From: an uncultured Coprococcus sp. | GTDB taxonomy: Bacteria > Bacillota > Clostridia > Lachnospirales > Lachnospiraceae | Direction of reading: 5' to 3' | DNA: 64,000 bases | Assembly: GCA_947626675.1 (NCBI GenBank) | Contig: CANQTC010000011.1 | Coordinates: 7,535 to 71,534, forward strand | In this document: positions 8,760 to 17,228 of the stretch, piece after piece | Layout: every line of letters begins with the position of its first letter | Position numbering within the stretch: the stretch's first letter is position 1 | Program-made: the position numbers and the translations under genes | The notes under the pieces: generated by a model | What the model saw: the letters and a program-made list of their open reading frames with translations, nothing else | What the model was told of the DNA's origin: nothing | Databases searched by the model: none

Positions 8760-10577
8760 ATGTGTGGAATTATTGGATTTACAGGAAAGAAACCTGCAAA
8801 GGATATCCTGATAGACGGACTTGCGAAGTTGGAGTACAGAGGGTATGACAGTGCAGGAATTGCTCTTTTAAACGACCATAATACACTAATTATTAAGAAA
8901 AAAGCGGGCAGAGTTGACGATTTGCGGAAGCTTTGTAATAACGATGAAGATACTGCCACATGCGGAATTGGACATACGAGATGGGCGACGCATGGTGGGG
9001 TTACAGATATCAATGCCCATCCTCACAGATGTGGAAATGTTGCCATTATACACAATGGAATCATTGAGAATTACGCTGATATTATAAGGGAATACGGCTT
9101 ATCAGACAAACTTGTTTCAGAGACGGATACAGAAGTCGTAGCGGCGCTTTTAGATACCTTATATGAGGGCGACCCGATATACACAATCAGAAAGGCTGTA
9201 AAGATAATCTCAGGTTCATTTGCCTTATGCATTATGTTTGCTGACAGACCGGGCATTATCTATGCGGTAAGAAATGTAAGCCCTATGGTAGCGGCATATA
9301 GTGATGATGGCGCAATTATTGCCTCCGACCTTACAGCAGTAATATCATTTTCCAAAGAATATTTTGTCGTTCCGGAATATCATATCCTGACGCTTTCAGA
9401 AGCGGGGATTAAGGTAGAGGATATGAAGGGAAATGTCGTAGCGCCTAAGATGATGGAGATTACATGGGATATTACAGCAGCCCAGAAGGGCGGATATCCG
9501 CATTATATGCTTAAAGAGATATACGAACAGCCGGAAGCGCTTCGGAATACCATAATGCCGCGTATCGTGAATGCACTTCCTGATTTTACAGAAGATGGAA
9601 TCGATGATGAGGTATTTAAAAATCTTCAGAGTATAACGGTCGTTGCCTGTGGTACGGCAATGCATGCAGGTATGGTAGGCAAAGCGATGATTGAAGCAGA
9701 ACTGAAGATACCTGTAAATGTAGAGATTGCTTCGGAGTTCAGATATAAAGAACCGCTTATAGACGATAAAACACTTGTTATTGTTACATCACAGTCGGGT
9801 GAAACCATTGATACGCTAGAGGCTTTAAGGCTGGCGAAACGATGTGGTTCAAAGGTATTGTCCATAGTGAATGTAAAGGGTTCTACGATAGCAAGGGAAA
9901 GCGATTATGTGCTGTATACACATGCAGGTCCGGAGATTGCAGTTGCAAGTACAAAAGCATATTCTGTACAGATGGCAGCGATGTATCTGCTTGGATGCAG
10001 AATCGGATTTGTAAAAGGGATATATACAGAGGCGAAAGCGAAGGAATTTATCAGTCAGCTTCTCGGCGTAATTCCTGTTATTGAAGAAACGCTGAAACAG
10101 GCAGATAAAGTAAAGGATGTAGCGAACTTTATCAAGATGGCGCCGGATGCGTTCTTTATCGGAAGAGGGATTGATTATACACTTTCGATGGAAGCTGCTC
10201 TTAAACTAAAAGAAATTTCATATGTCCATGCAGAGGCATATGCAGCGGGAGAGCTTAAGCATGGAACGATAGCGCTTATTACAGAGAATGTTCCTGTTAT
10301 AGCGCTTGCAACACAGGAAGCGGTATATGGTAAGGTTATTTCTAATATAAGAGAAGTAAAAGCAAGGGGAGCATATGTCATATTGATTAGTATGGATGAA
10401 GCGGTCACTGATTCCGATATATGCAACAAGCATATTCGTCTCCCTAAGCAGGAAGGCCTGTTTACTGTATTTTCAGCGGCTGTTATATTACAGCTGATTG
10501 CATATTATACATCGGATGCAAAGGGACTTGATGTAGATAAGCCGCGTAATCTTGCAAAATCAGTTACAGTAGAATAA
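8760..10577 (+). CDS. glmS: Glutamine--fructose-6-phosphate aminotransferase
   Basis: MCGIIG, LEYRGYDSAG, GHTRWATHG, C-terminal DKPRNLAKSVTVE. Confidence 0.98.
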   Translation: MCGIIGFTGKKPAKDILIDGLAKLEYRGYDSAGIALLNDHNTLIIKKKAGRVDDLRKLCNNDEDTATCGIGHTRWATHGGVTDINAHPHRCGNVAIIHNGIIENYADIIREYGLSDKLVSETDTEVVAALLDTLYEGDPIYTIRKAVKIISGSFALCIMFADRPGIIYAVRNVSPMVAAYSDDGAIIASDLTAVISFSKEYFVVPEYHILTLSEAGIKVEDMKGNVVAPKMMEITWDITAAQKGGYPHYMLKEIYEQPEALRNTIMPRIVNALPDFTEDGIDDEVFKNLQSITVVACGTAMHAGMVGKAMIEAELKIPVNVEIASEFRYKEPLIDDKTLVIVTSQSGETIDTLEALRLAKRCGSKVLSIVNVKGSTIARESDYVLYTHAGPEIAVASTKAYSVQMAAMYLLGCRIGFVKGIYTEAKAKEFISQLLGVIPVIEETLKQADKVKDVANFIKMAPDAFFIGRGIDYTLSMEAALKLKEISYVHAEAYAAGELKHGTIALITENVPVIALATQEAVYGKVISNIREVKARGAYVILISMDEAVTDSDICNKHIRLPKQEGLFTVFSAAVILQLIAYYTSDAKGLDVDKPRNLAKSVTVE

Positions 10578-10611
10578 TTAGCTGCAAATGACGATATCGG
10601 AGGGAGTTTTT

Positions 10612-11664
10612 ATGAGCGCAGAACAAACATATTTGTGTGATGAATATAAATTATATTTTAAAATAGAAAACGATATAGATGTATTGCATGATGAACTTGA
10701 ATTATACAATACATCATTTGTAGGGAATAACAGCTATTGCCATGAAGAGTATATAGCGGGGAATAAAGCGCTTGTATATTCGATTCCGGCGATGATTAGC
10801 ATGGAGCAGTTCATAAGCAAGAAAATTCATAAAGACGAATTGATTGATATTATGTTCAGCATAACGGATCAGCTTATGTACCTTAAAGCAAATGAGCTGT
10901 CTATCGGGAAGGTTATCTTAAGTACGGGATATATGCATATGAACCTTGAAAATATGGCAGTACAATTAATATTTCTGCCTATTGATAAGCCGATGGATAA
11001 GTGCAATATGGAAAAGTTTGTAAGAGAACTGATAAGCCATTGTACATTTGCAAATAAAAAGGCTTCCGATTGCGGATATGAACTGATAAAATATTTTGAC
11101 CACAATAAGGTGTTCTATCTGTCAGAATTTTATAAATTTGTAGTAGATTTAAAAAATGACAATGTTGCTCATCCTGAAGATGAAAAAGAGCTTTTGGAGC
11201 GGAAGGAAGCTTCGGCGCATATTGAAGTTGCAGAACATGCGGCGCAGGCCGGTTCGATGTTTAAGCTTGCAAAGGAAAAGAAAGATTATTCTAAAGTTGA
11301 TATTGGTTTTGATATGGAAGATGATGACAGCTCTACGACAGTGCTTACAGGTATGTCACGCTCGAAGGGCGGGCCTGTTATCATAAGGACAAGGACAGGT
11401 GAGCGGATTCGTATTGATAAGCCAATATTCTGCATAGGAAAGTCAGCACAGGGAGTTGATTATCAGATAGAGGATAATAACTCTGTCAGCAGGCGTCATG
11501 CATACATCATTAATGTAAATGGCGTGTATTATTTAAGGGATAATAAATCGACAAATCATACATATCTTGGCGAAAAAGTGATTGATAGCGATACAGATAT
11601 GATGCTGATAGATGGAAGCCGCTTTAAACTTGCAAATGAAGAATTTACTTTTAAAGAGCGATAG
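10612..11664 (+). CDS. FHA-domain protein with kinase-like/DUF6382-like N-terminus
   Basis: C-terminal FHA motifs IGK, SVSRRHA, STNHT; N-terminus resembles the 38984 protein. Confidence 0.75.
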   Translation: MSAEQTYLCDEYKLYFKIENDIDVLHDELELYNTSFVGNNSYCHEEYIAGNKALVYSIPAMISMEQFISKKIHKDELIDIMFSITDQLMYLKANELSIGKVILSTGYMHMNLENMAVQLIFLPIDKPMDKCNMEKFVRELISHCTFANKKASDCGYELIKYFDHNKVFYLSEFYKFVVDLKNDNVAHPEDEKELLERKEASAHIEVAEHAAQAGSMFKLAKEKKDYSKVDIGFDMEDDDSSTTVLTGMSRSKGGPVIIRTRTGERIRIDKPIFCIGKSAQGVDYQIEDNNSVSRRHAYIINVNGVYYLRDNKSTNHTYLGEKVIDSDTDMMLIDGSRFKLANEEFTFKER

Positions 11665-11677
11665 GGATACAAAGTGT

Positions 11678-11724
11678 AAAAAACAGGAAACTGTGCATTG
11701 CAGACTGCACAGTTTCCTGTTTTT
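11678..11724. terminator. Bidirectional intrinsic terminator
   Basis: AAAAACAGGAAACTGTGCA / TGCACAGTTTCCTGTTTTT between convergent genes. Confidence 0.85.
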
Positions 11725-11737
11725 ATGTTATTCAATA

Positions 11738-12436
11738 TTATTTCGTTTCCTCACTTGATGTTTCGGGAAGCGTTTGTTCTTCGAGCGCCAGCATGGAAGC
11801 ATCGAGTTTGGCAAGGTCCGTTGTGTCAATATAGTAATATTCACCATCATCTACCATTTTTACGGATACTGTTACAGGCTCCGTATATTCGATACTTGTA
11901 ATTTTGGAATTTAATATATCGGCGATACCTTCGGCAAAGGTTGCTTCATAATCCTCTTTTGTGTAGTTGTTGTATTTACCTGCGGTTACGCTCTTGTTAA
12001 ATGCATCGATATATTTGAAGATTTCATCATATGCCTGGTTGAGAATATTAAGAGGATGTACGGTGACATCTACATAATATTCAGAACCCTTTTTATAACC
12101 TTCAGATACCTCGTATTTTGTTTTACTGTATATTTCTGCGGCAAGTTCGCGGTAAGTATCATTGATATCAACTGACTTTGCGTTGTCTAAGGAATAATGG
12201 GTAATAAGCTGGTTTGCCAGATAAGAGATACAGTCCTCATGCATACTGACAGCATCGGACTCCTTTCCACCGGTATTTTTTATATAATTATCAAAATCTC
12301 CTTTGTAATTAACGTCAAGAAGATTTTGCACATATGTCTGATAAGCTGTTTTTTTCTTATGAGCACACCCTGTCAGTGAAAAAATTAAAAATGTCATTAC
12401 CAAAACGACAATGGTAAATTTGGTCTTGCGTTTCAT
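11738..12436 (-). CDS. Lipoprotein of unknown function
   Basis: Basic N-terminus, hydrophobic stretch, lipobox LTGC. Confidence 0.75.
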   Translation of the reverse strand: MKRKTKFTIVVLVMTFLIFSLTGCAHKKKTAYQTYVQNLLDVNYKGDFDNYIKNTGGKESDAVSMHEDCISYLANQLITHYSLDNAKSVDINDTYRELAAEIYSKTKYEVSEGYKKGSEYYVDVTVHPLNILNQAYDEIFKYIDAFNKSVTAGKYNNYTKEDYEATFAEGIADILNSKITSIEYTEPVTVSVKMVDDGEYYYIDTTDLAKLDASMLALEEQTLPETSSEETK

Positions 12437-12662
12437 AAAATATACCCCCATGCCTATAACGTTATCAATGTATTACAATATAACACATTTTTCAATCTTT
12501 GTAACCAAAAAACTGAAAAATGTCTGTGCAAAAGAAAACATGTGTGGTATAGTATATGTGAACACTTATCGGACAACTTGCGAATGAGACGAGACTGGTT
12601 GTGGCAGTACAATATTCACACACGAATGAGTGAAATAAATTGACTTTTTTGGAGGTATTATT

Positions 12663-13625
12663 GTGGCAAGAGACAATGATGTTATAACAGATTTATTTAA
12701 AACCGTAAAATTTGGTGGTTATGAAAAGAGCTCAGTGGATTATTATATTGAGAATATGAAATCGGAACATGCGAAAGAGGTCGAAGAACTGAAAGATAAT
12801 GTTAATAAACTGAGTGAGGCTGTGCTTAGTCTGAAGACTATGAGAGAAGTCAACATGAATGAATCGAATAAGACTATCGAAGGACTGAAAAACGCGAATG
12901 TTGACTATGAAAAAGAAATTGAATCGCTGAAGGAACAGCTTAATGTTTATAAAGAAAAGGAATATGAGTCTGCAGGAAGATATGAGTCTATATCAAGAAC
13001 CTTGTTAGAGGCCAGAGAGAGCGCTGATTTACTTGCAAAACAGACAAACGAGAAGTGCCAGCAGCAGGAAGCGGAAACGACAGCGAGATGCGAGGCGCTG
13101 GACCAGGAAACAAAAGCAAGATGCGAAGCATTAGAGCAGGAAACAAGAACAAGATGTGAAGCGTTAGAGCAGGAAACAAAAGCGAGATGTAATAAGCTTC
13201 AGACAGATACTGATATTCAGTGCCAGCAGATGCATGATGAGACGGAAACGATGTGCAATAATATGAAGGAGCAGGCATATAGTGAAAGCGAAAGAACGAG
13301 AAACAAGGCTCATGAAGCAGCAGAGGCTTTAACGGCTCAGACAGAGTATGAATGTAAGACAATGAAGGAAGAAGCACAGAAAGAAGCAGAGAATACTGTA
13401 AATACTGCTACGGACGAAGCTTACAGACTTAGAATGAATGTTAAGAAAGAGTGTGAGAGTGTAAGTAAGTATATGTCAGATTTGCTTTCATCACTTGACG
13501 GTGTTGTTGCGGCATGTTCTTCAACAAAGGAGGTTGCCGATAAAGCATTTACAGGGCTTAAAAGCAATGTAATGGCGACATCTGAAGAATCAGCTGAAGA
13601 GGCTGCAGAAGCAGTAACGCAATAG
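12663..13625 (+). CDS. DivIVA-domain coiled-coil protein with Cys hendecad repeats
   Basis: N-terminal FKTVKFGGYEKSSVDYYI (DivIVA motif) followed by a long coiled coil; GGAGG RBS, GTG start. Confidence 0.75.
   Translation: MARDNDVITDLFKTVKFGGYEKSSVDYYIENMKSEHAKEVEELKDNVNKLSEAVLSLKTMREVNMNESNKTIEGLKNANVDYEKEIESLKEQLNVYKEKEYESAGRYESISRTLLEARESADLLAKQTNEKCQQQEAETTARCEALDQETKARCEALEQETRTRCEALEQETKARCNKLQTDTDIQCQQMHDETETMCNNMKEQAYSESERTRNKAHEAAEALTAQTEYECKTMKEEAQKEAENTVNTATDEAYRLRMNVKKECESVSKYMSDLLSSLDGVVAACSSTKEVADKAFTGLKSNVMATSEESAEEAAEAVTQ
13071..13191 (+). repeat. 33-bp coding tandem repeat (~3.5 copies; ARCEALEQETK)
   Basis: AGATGYGARGCR..GASCAGGAAACAA units with 33-nt period. Confidence 0.8.
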
Positions 13626-13650
13626 TTACTGGTTTATATTGTTCTATTAG

Positions 13651-13686
13651 ATAAAACTTTTCTATGGCGGCATAGAAAAGTTTTAT
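13651..13686 (+). terminator. Intrinsic terminator
   Basis: ATAAAACTTTTCTATG-GCGG-CATAGAAAAGTTTTAT. Confidence 0.8.
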
Positions 13687-13720
13687 GTATATATACAATT
13701 AGTTATGGGGAGGTGTAATA

Positions 13721-16210
13721 ATGGAAATCAGCAAATTAAAAAATTATTCCGATTTTTTGGGAATTATAGAATATCCGGCTGTACTTTTTTGTGAAGATGG
13801 TGAAGTCTTGGGAATAAACAATATGGCGATGAAGATTATGGGAAGCCAGGTGGAAACGATTCGGATGGAGCCGGACAAGTTCATGGTAAGTGATGATTTC
13901 TGGCTTACACTTTCACAGAAACAGACGATTATATGGCATAGGCTGGGACTTGTGGTAAATTCTAAAGAGACCTTCATAACAAGTGGATTTGTAAATCAAT
14001 TTGAATATGATGGCAGAAAAGCATATATGGTGCTTTTTGAACTGCGCTCTGATGTATCGATAGGAAGTGTCAGTCTGGAAAGAATTATCAATCATATCGG
14101 GCTGATTGCACTTTATCTGTACAGACCGGATGGAACATGGAAGACGCGGTATGTTTCTAAGAATATTACGGACTATGGCTATACGGAGGGTGGATTTTAC
14201 AAAGGTCAGTTAGGGTTATATGATTTACTGACGAAGAGTGATTATGACCTGCTGATAGGTCAGTTATATAAGGCTGAAAATACAGGAAACAATGATTTTG
14301 AGATGCCTGTTCGTATTGTTGCGGCAGATAAATCAATCAGAAAGGCGAATCTTAAATGTCATATTGTGAGAACTTCTGAAGGGGAAGCAGACGGAATAGA
14401 GCTTATTTTTGTTACGGGAAACCAACATGAAGAGACGGATACATCCCAGTATGCATATATTTTGTCTGCGATGAATAAGATTAAAAGCTTCGTTTTTGTG
14501 CAGCAATATGGGTATGGAAAAACAAAATTTGAATATGTAAGTCCGAATGCAAAAAATATGGGTATTAATGTAGATGCATTAAAGTGTGGAAATAAGCTTG
14601 TGGAGGATTACATTCATCCAAAGGACAGGCTTCGGGTGATTGAACATATGAAAGATATTGTAAAAAGCGGTATGTCTGATTATGAAAGTGAGTTCCGTAT
14701 TGTAAATGATGCGGGAAATGTCTTATGGGTAAAATGTCAGAGCAGTGTTACACAGTCGGACAATAATCTATACAAAATAGAACATCTCATATCGGATATA
14801 ACAGATAAGAAAAGGCTTGAGGATAGTGTCCACGAAGCGAAGAAAGAGTTTGAAGATAAATTGTCATATATTATGAATGATGGTACGGAATCAGACTATT
14901 CCGGATATCAGATGGATGTTGATAAATGGAATGAAATCGTACAGGCATTTTCCGTACTGAGCGGGCTGTATTCAACCGTTATTACTGCGGATGGACAGAA
15001 ATTTACTGAGCCGGCAGGCCCTCAGAAACATATGGGTGAATTTTATGATTTGTTTGAAAAACCGAAGTATAAAGAGATTTATATGAAACTGAATGAGGTG
15101 ATACTTCGGAATAACGTTCCTGTTATGATGGAGATGGATGATGGAATACAGGGAAGTATGATATGCGGAGCGCCGATACTGATGGGCGAAAAGCATGTGG
15201 CTACATGGATTGCATGTGCGTATGATGAAAATGATGTGGAAAGTATGTCAAATGTATATAAGCTTCAATGGAAATTGTGCAGAATATTCTCAGAATATGC
15301 ATATAGCTCAGAAGTTCTGTATAAGGAGGCTATGCGTTCTAAATCTATAGAGCTTATGCTTGAAACGAAGGTGCAGCGTCAGAAAATTCTTACAGAGGCT
15401 ATTAATGCGATGGATGATGACAGCAATGCAACAATTAATGCTGTTATGTCTAAGACGGGCGCCTATCTGGATATAGATGTTATGGTTATTTATTCCAGAA
15501 ATGATGATAACGTACTGGAATGCAGCTATTTATGGACAAAGGGACAGAATATGTCTGCTGAGGAATATGTAAATGGCTGGCAGAAGGGGAATCAGGTCAT
15601 CGGATATGAGAGAATTCCTGATATCGGATATATTTTAGTTGATGAAAATCATAAAAATAAAAAATTTAAAGCGGACATGGAACGCATTGACGTTGCCAGC
15701 TTTGTTGCACTGCCGATAGAGATTAACAATCTTGAAAGCGGCGTAATCGTTATGGCAAATATTGACGAAGGAAAATTGTGGTCTGACGACGATTTGGAAT
15801 TTGCAATTGATATCAAAAATGTTATTCAGGGAAGACTTACACGGATTGAAGGTGATGGCAATATCAGTAATATAAATAAACTCCTTGTTGATACATACAA
15901 TTATCTTCAAGTGGGAATATTTATAAGAGATGTTGAAACAGGTGAGGTTCTGTTTTCAAATGAGCCGCTTGATGAGATGCTTGGCTTTAAATTCTGTGGC
16001 AAAGACAGTAAAATTCTTATAAAAGACCTTCATGATAAATTTAAGGGCATAGGAATCGTACAGAAACCATTCCTTACTGAAAGAAAAGAGATAAGCTGGA
16101 GAAGCTATATCAAACAGTTGGACAAGATAATGGATTTGTCAGAGATTAGTATGAAATGGCTTGACGGAAGGAACGCTTCTTTAGTAATATTAAGAGACGT
16201 ACATGATTAG
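13721..16210 (+). CDS. Multi-sensor protein (PAS/PAS/PocR/GAF/PAS) without an evident output domain
   Basis: PAS/PAC motifs (YIHPKDR..EFRIV..WV..DITDKKRLE), PocR-like GAPILMGEKHVATWI, GAF-like SFVALPI..WSDDDLEF; ends VILRDVHD. Confidence 0.7.
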   Translation: MEISKLKNYSDFLGIIEYPAVLFCEDGEVLGINNMAMKIMGSQVETIRMEPDKFMVSDDFWLTLSQKQTIIWHRLGLVVNSKETFITSGFVNQFEYDGRKAYMVLFELRSDVSIGSVSLERIINHIGLIALYLYRPDGTWKTRYVSKNITDYGYTEGGFYKGQLGLYDLLTKSDYDLLIGQLYKAENTGNNDFEMPVRIVAADKSIRKANLKCHIVRTSEGEADGIELIFVTGNQHEETDTSQYAYILSAMNKIKSFVFVQQYGYGKTKFEYVSPNAKNMGINVDALKCGNKLVEDYIHPKDRLRVIEHMKDIVKSGMSDYESEFRIVNDAGNVLWVKCQSSVTQSDNNLYKIEHLISDITDKKRLEDSVHEAKKEFEDKLSYIMNDGTESDYSGYQMDVDKWNEIVQAFSVLSGLYSTVITADGQKFTEPAGPQKHMGEFYDLFEKPKYKEIYMKLNEVILRNNVPVMMEMDDGIQGSMICGAPILMGEKHVATWIACAYDENDVESMSNVYKLQWKLCRIFSEYAYSSEVLYKEAMRSKSIELMLETKVQRQKILTEAINAMDDDSNATINAVMSKTGAYLDIDVMVIYSRNDDNVLECSYLWTKGQNMSAEEYVNGWQKGNQVIGYERIPDIGYILVDENHKNKKFKADMERIDVASFVALPIEINNLESGVIVMANIDEGKLWSDDDLEFAIDIKNVIQGRLTRIEGDGNISNINKLLVDTYNYLQVGIFIRDVETGEVLFSNEPLDEMLGFKFCGKDSKILIKDLHDKFKGIGIVQKPFLTERKEISWRSYIKQLDKIMDLSEISMKWLDGRNASLVILRDVHD

Positions 16211-16224
16211 AAAGGGGACTAATA

Positions 16225-17217
16225 ATGGCAAGTGCAGATATAGGTATCGATTTGGGTACAGCCAGTATATTGGTATATGTTAAAGGAAAAGGTGTTGTTC
16301 TGAAAGAACCATCTGTTGTTGCTTACGACAGGGATACGAATAAGATAGTAGCAATCGGTGAAGAGGCCAGGCTTATGCTTGGAAGGACACCGGGAAATAT
16401 CGTAGCAGTAAGGCCGTTAAGGCAAGGCGTAATCTCTGATTATACAGTTACAGAGAAGATGCTGAAATATTTTATTCAAAAGGCAGTAGGCAGAAGCTAC
16501 TTTGGCAGGAGACCTCGTATCAGCGTATGTGTACCGTCGCAGGTAACAGAGGTTGAGAAAAAGGCGGTAGAAGATGCCACTTATGCGGCAGGCGCAAGAG
16601 AAGTGTCGATTATAGAAGAACCTGTTGCAGCGGCTATCGGCGCCGGCATAGATATATACAGACCGTGCGGAAATATGATTGTGGATATCGGCGGCGGTAC
16701 TGCTGATATAGCGGTTATTTCTTTGGGTGGTCCTGTTGTCAGTGCATCCATTAAAGTTGCAGGAGATGATTTTGATGAAGCAATCGTCAGGTTTATGCGG
16801 AAAAAGCATAATTTGCTGATTGGAGAGAGAACTGCAGAGGAAATTAAGATTAAGATAGGAACCTGTTATAGAAGACCGGAGAATATAACGCTTGATATCA
16901 GGGGAAGAAATCTTGTTACAGGTCTTCCAAAGACCGTTACCGTTACATCAGATGAAACAGAAGAAGCCCTTCGTGAGCCGGCTTCACAGATATGTGAATC
17001 AGTTCATTCCGTACTTGAGCGGACACCGCCGGAGCTTGCGGCTGATATTGCTGACAGAGGAATTGTTCTTACCGGAGGCGGCGCACTTCTTCATGGGTTG
17101 GAAGAGCTGCTTGAGGAGAAGACAGGCATAACAACGATGACAGCCGAAGACCCGCTGAGAGCAGTGGCAATCGGTACAGGAAAGTATATTGAGCTTCTTA
17201 GCTCAAAAAATGACTAA
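16225..17217 (+). CDS. mreB: Rod shape-determining protein MreB/Mbl
   Basis: DIGIDLGTA, EPSVVA, VDIGGGT, LTGGGALL. Confidence 0.95.
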   Translation: MASADIGIDLGTASILVYVKGKGVVLKEPSVVAYDRDTNKIVAIGEEARLMLGRTPGNIVAVRPLRQGVISDYTVTEKMLKYFIQKAVGRSYFGRRPRISVCVPSQVTEVEKKAVEDATYAAGAREVSIIEEPVAAAIGAGIDIYRPCGNMIVDIGGGTADIAVISLGGPVVSASIKVAGDDFDEAIVRFMRKKHNLLIGERTAEEIKIKIGTCYRRPENITLDIRGRNLVTGLPKTVTVTSDETEEALREPASQICESVHSVLERTPPELAADIADRGIVLTGGGALLHGLEELLEEKTGITTMTAEDPLRAVAIGTGKYIELLSSKND

Positions 17218-17228
17218 GGAGACAACAA

